A stretch of DNA of 63,540 nt, filler included, from Reclinomonas americana ATCC 50394 (taxonomy: Eukaryota): NCBI GenBank assembly GCA_048213135.1. It is 9 parts of 3 records of this genome, joined end to end, with 100 filler letters (N's around TTAATTAATTAA, not from the genome) between each part and the next. Parts side by side here need not be neighbours in the genome. Positions count along the whole stretch, not along the records: positions 59,465 to 62,428 come from PS015131.1; positions 62,529 to 63,540 come from PS015136.1; 7 more parts are not named here. The stretch is one strand, 5' to 3'. Below, piece after piece: positions 60,358 through 63,540 of the stretch (its first letter is position 1; the number at the start of each line of letters is the position of its first letter). A program made the translations under genes and the position numbers. The notes under the pieces are model-generated. The model saw only the letters and a list, made by a program, of their open reading frames with translations. It was not told the DNA's origin and searched no databases.

Positions 60358-60796
60358 CGCTGTGTTTCTGGTGGGTCTCACAGCACGAAAACAAAAAAGA
60401 TAACAATCTCCTTTTTCTCTCATCCTCGAACTCGTTCTCTCCTTCTTCCTTACAGCAGAGACACACTTGCCTCTGACTCCCTCTCTCTCTCATGAAAAGA
60501 AGACGAGACGCACTCTTCTCACTCTCTCTCTCTCTCTCTCTTCCTGTATTGCACATGAACCTGTTAATCTTCCGTTTTTTCTCTCACACACGCCACAAAG
60601 TTACATCTCTCCTTCCTCTCACAACAGAGGAGGACACATTTGCCGTCTCTCTCCAATTAATGAAGAAAAAGAAGCTCTCTCTTCCCATCTTTCTTTCTTC
60701 TTCTTCTTCTCTCTCTGCTCTGTCTCTCTCCCTCTCCCTCTCCCTCTCCCGCTCCCTCTCCTTCTCTTTCTTCCCCCTTCTCCTTCCAACTCACTG

Positions 60797-62030
60797 ATTG
60801 TCATGGACGCCAACGGCAGCGACATCTCATCCACTGATGCCACAGCCGACGACGCCGACCGGTCGTGCACGTACTGGTAGAAATCCGGCGACCCATACGC
60901 CGCCGTGAAGCGCGCATCGACACTGGCCGCCAGCACCGCATCCAGCACGTGAATGCAGTTGCGCAACTCCCGCATGTGACCCGCCACCAAGTAGTGCTTG
61001 ATGAGAGAGGCGAGCTGTAAAGTCGAGGCACATGAGCGAGTGGAACAAGCAGTTGGCAACCACGGACCATACGACGCACCACAAACAGCAGCAGCACGTG
61101 ATGGTCGACGCGTTGCGAGATGAAGCCAAACATGATCTGATGCAACATTTGCACCAGTCGCCGCACACTTGCCGACTGCTCGTCCGCGCGAGCCGTACGC
61201 TGCGTTGCACCTGCGCCGCAATGGAGTCCTTGTGATACATGGACAATCGTTGCACACCACCGCACACACATACCTGCCGAGTTGGTGCTCGCCGGCAACA
61301 CCGACGCCTTTGGGTACGACGGCAACGACATGAGCGTCGACGAGCCGCCACCCACCGGCCGGCCCGGCATCGCTGGCAGTGCGGAAGCAGACTGGAACAG
61401 CTCGTAAAGCTCTGTGCTGCAGTGATCTTGAACAAAGAACACCAGCGTCGAGGCCATGGATGTCTGTACGCACACAACAGAGTGAGCGACTGTGTTTTTG
61501 TTACAGCGACGGGATTGTCACAGAACTGGTGGTCGCAGCAAGCGCTGTGACGGCACGCGACTGGCGAGCGACACACTGTCACCGGATGCCGCCGCCGACG
61601 GCGACACGGGTGTCGTTGTCATGGCGGGCGGCGTGACCTGGGTGCATGGCTTCTTCGCAGGACGCGGAGCGACCTCTGACGAGTCGTTGGTGTCGGTCGA
61701 CGACTGCCACACATGAGGTGAGAAGAGGGCGAGCGACAGGGGCCACAACTCGCCGCTCAGCACGCAACTTGTACGGCCACCACGGGAATGTCCACCTCCA
61801 CAGCGGCATCCACCATCATTGGCTTTGGCGGCGGAGGTGGTGGCGTCGGTCTGCATGCATAGAAATCACGGTTAGAGCCTTTCTCTTGGTTCGCATATGC
61901 TGGGAACCTGCAACGCAACAGTCGAGGCAGCGGCTCTTCCATCGCGTCATCGGCATCCATCGCATCACTCATTTCCGGTGCCTGCTGCGAGGACGGCATC
62001 GCTGGCAGGTCATCGGCCATGTCAACCTGC
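60797..62030 (-). CDS. Internal exons of a hypothetical protein (disordered acidic/Pro-rich part followed by a helical region)
   Basis: GT-AG-bounded open segments VDMADDLPAMP..., STLVFFVQDHCSTELYELF, LVQMLHQIMFGFISQRVDHHVLLL and LASLIKHYLVAGHMRELRNCIHVLDAVLAAS. Family not recognised. Confidence 0.55.
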
Positions 62031-62568
62031 ACCGAATAGGCATCAGTCGCCGAACCTCTCGGATCCCTCTCCACTCTCCGTATACCAATCTGTCTCTTCT
62101 TATCTTTCTTTCTTTCTTTCTTTCTCTCTTTCTTTCTTTCTTTCTTTCTTCCTTTCTTCCTTTCTTTCTTTCTCTCTCTTCCTTTTTCTCAGTTACTTTC
62201 TTTCTTCTTTCTTTTGCTCTCTCTCTCTCTCTCGCTGTCTATCTCTCCCTCCCTCTCTTTCTTACTTTCTCTTTCTTTTCTTCTTTCTTTCTTCCCTTCT
62301 TTCTATCGCGCTTTGCTCACTCTTGTACAATCTCTTGTGCTCTGTCTCTCTCGCTGCCTATCTCTCCCTCTCTTGTTGTCTCTCTCCCTCTCGCCTGTCT
62401 TTCCTTTTCTCTCTTTCTTTGTCTCTCTNNNNNNNNNNNNNNNNNNNNNNNNNNNNNNNNNNNNNNNNNNNNTTAATTAATTAANNNNNNNNNNNNNNNN
62501 NNNNNNNNNNNNNNNNNNNNNNNNNNNNTCACGCACTCCCCTCCTTCCCTACTGTCCCTCCCATGCAG

Positions 62569-63350
62569 CTCCTACCAATCCCGCTCATCGCCGCCGCCCT
62601 CACCACCCCCGGAACGCATCCTGCCCGGCGCATCGGCCACATGGGGCGTGTCACCGACCAAGATCACGCAAGGCGACTCACCACCACAAGCCGGCACCTA
62701 CTCCTCACCCCCGCAACTGTCGTCGACCGTGTCGTCGCCCGTGCACAACCTGGTGCCGGGCTCGCCACCTCGTGTGAATCGCGCGCGCCGTCATCACGAG
62801 GACGAGCCGCTCCCCGTGCGTCCGCCAACACCGAGCCAGCTGCTGGCTGCGGTGACGCACGAGCTCGATGCGGTCGCGCTGGCCGAGGCGGAAGAGGTTG
62901 TGCGAGCGCAAGTGGAAGGTGTGCATTGTTGCGGATTGTTCCTTGTCCTTTTGTTGTTTATTCAGTCCTCCCCGCATTGCACGATAGCAGGCGCCGCAGT
63001 GCGCACCGCCGCTTCGTCGAGTGGTGGCGGGGCCGGCAGTGGCAGCGGCAGCGGCGGTCATCCCAGTCCGGTGGCCAAGAAGAAGCTGCAGCGCTCAATC
63101 TCGTCGCCCATCCCGTCATCTCCTGGATCCGAGACCGGCAGTCGGTCCCGCAACTCGCCCGTCGCTGCCAGCAAGTCGTCGGTGAGTACCTCAGACAGCT
63201 TGCTTTTGTAGGTGCCTTTCGAATCGCTCATGTTGAGTGCATCTGGCAGACTCCGACGCGCAAGTCGCCACCGGCGGCCATCTCTCGCCAGTCACCCATT
63301 CCCATGTCGTCCCCACCGACGGGCGCCGGCGTCGGATCACCACAAGACCA
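62569..63350 (+). CDS. Internal exons of a Ser/Pro-rich hypothetical protein
   Basis: Open, GC-rich SP-repeat peptides (VSPTKITQGDSPP, KKLQRSISSPIPSSP) separated by GT-AG introns. Both ends are missing. Confidence 0.5.
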
Positions 63351-63406
63351 TCGACAGTTGCCGTCGTCCACTGTTGCGTCCTTTGTTTGCGAGCGTGCCT
63401 CTTCTC

Positions 63407-63478
<72 letters not shown>

Positions 63479-63540
63479 TCGTGCTCTCTCGTACGTACGT
63501 CCGCCGCGTCGTCTCGTCTCGTCGCGCGTCCGTCGTCCGT

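Overview
This is draft genomic DNA from a very intron-rich, gene-dense unicellular eukaryote, not a prokaryote. I saw no CRISPR array, rRNA, tRNA or transposase. The window is nine unrelated scaffolds joined by an artificial N-TTAATTAATTAA-N spacer, so gene neighbourhood only counts inside each piece. Gene models were spliced by hand (GT-AG introns, mostly 60-100 nt). They include DNA-PKcs, a TYSND1/DEG15 peroxisomal protease, an NHL-propeller plus H-type-lectin-like protein, a large membrane-anchored tail-fibre-like protein, HINT, cathepsin L, SPC25, a WD40 protein, a WW-WW-RING protein, VPS28, an OXNAD1-like oxidoreductase, SAM synthetase, a GT31 glycosyltransferase, an ADP-ribosylhydrolase with a DCN1-like tail, a P-loop ATPase, an FAD oxidoreductase, alpha-amylase, LSm5, RBX1 and a type-1 rhodopsin. 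The most striking observations are five. (1) RBX1 appears to need three consecutive microexons of 5, 2 and 2 nt. (2) The rhodopsin is intron-split, keeps the Schiff-base Lys and has an atypical retinal pocket. (3) The ADP-ribosylhydrolase appears fused to a DCN1-like domain. (4) An intron-rich eukaryotic gene encodes a phage/bacterial tail-fibre-like surface protein. (5) The splicing signals are unusual, with frequent GTTGCG donors and self-complementary introns. All family assignments come from motifs recognised by eye; no database search was run.
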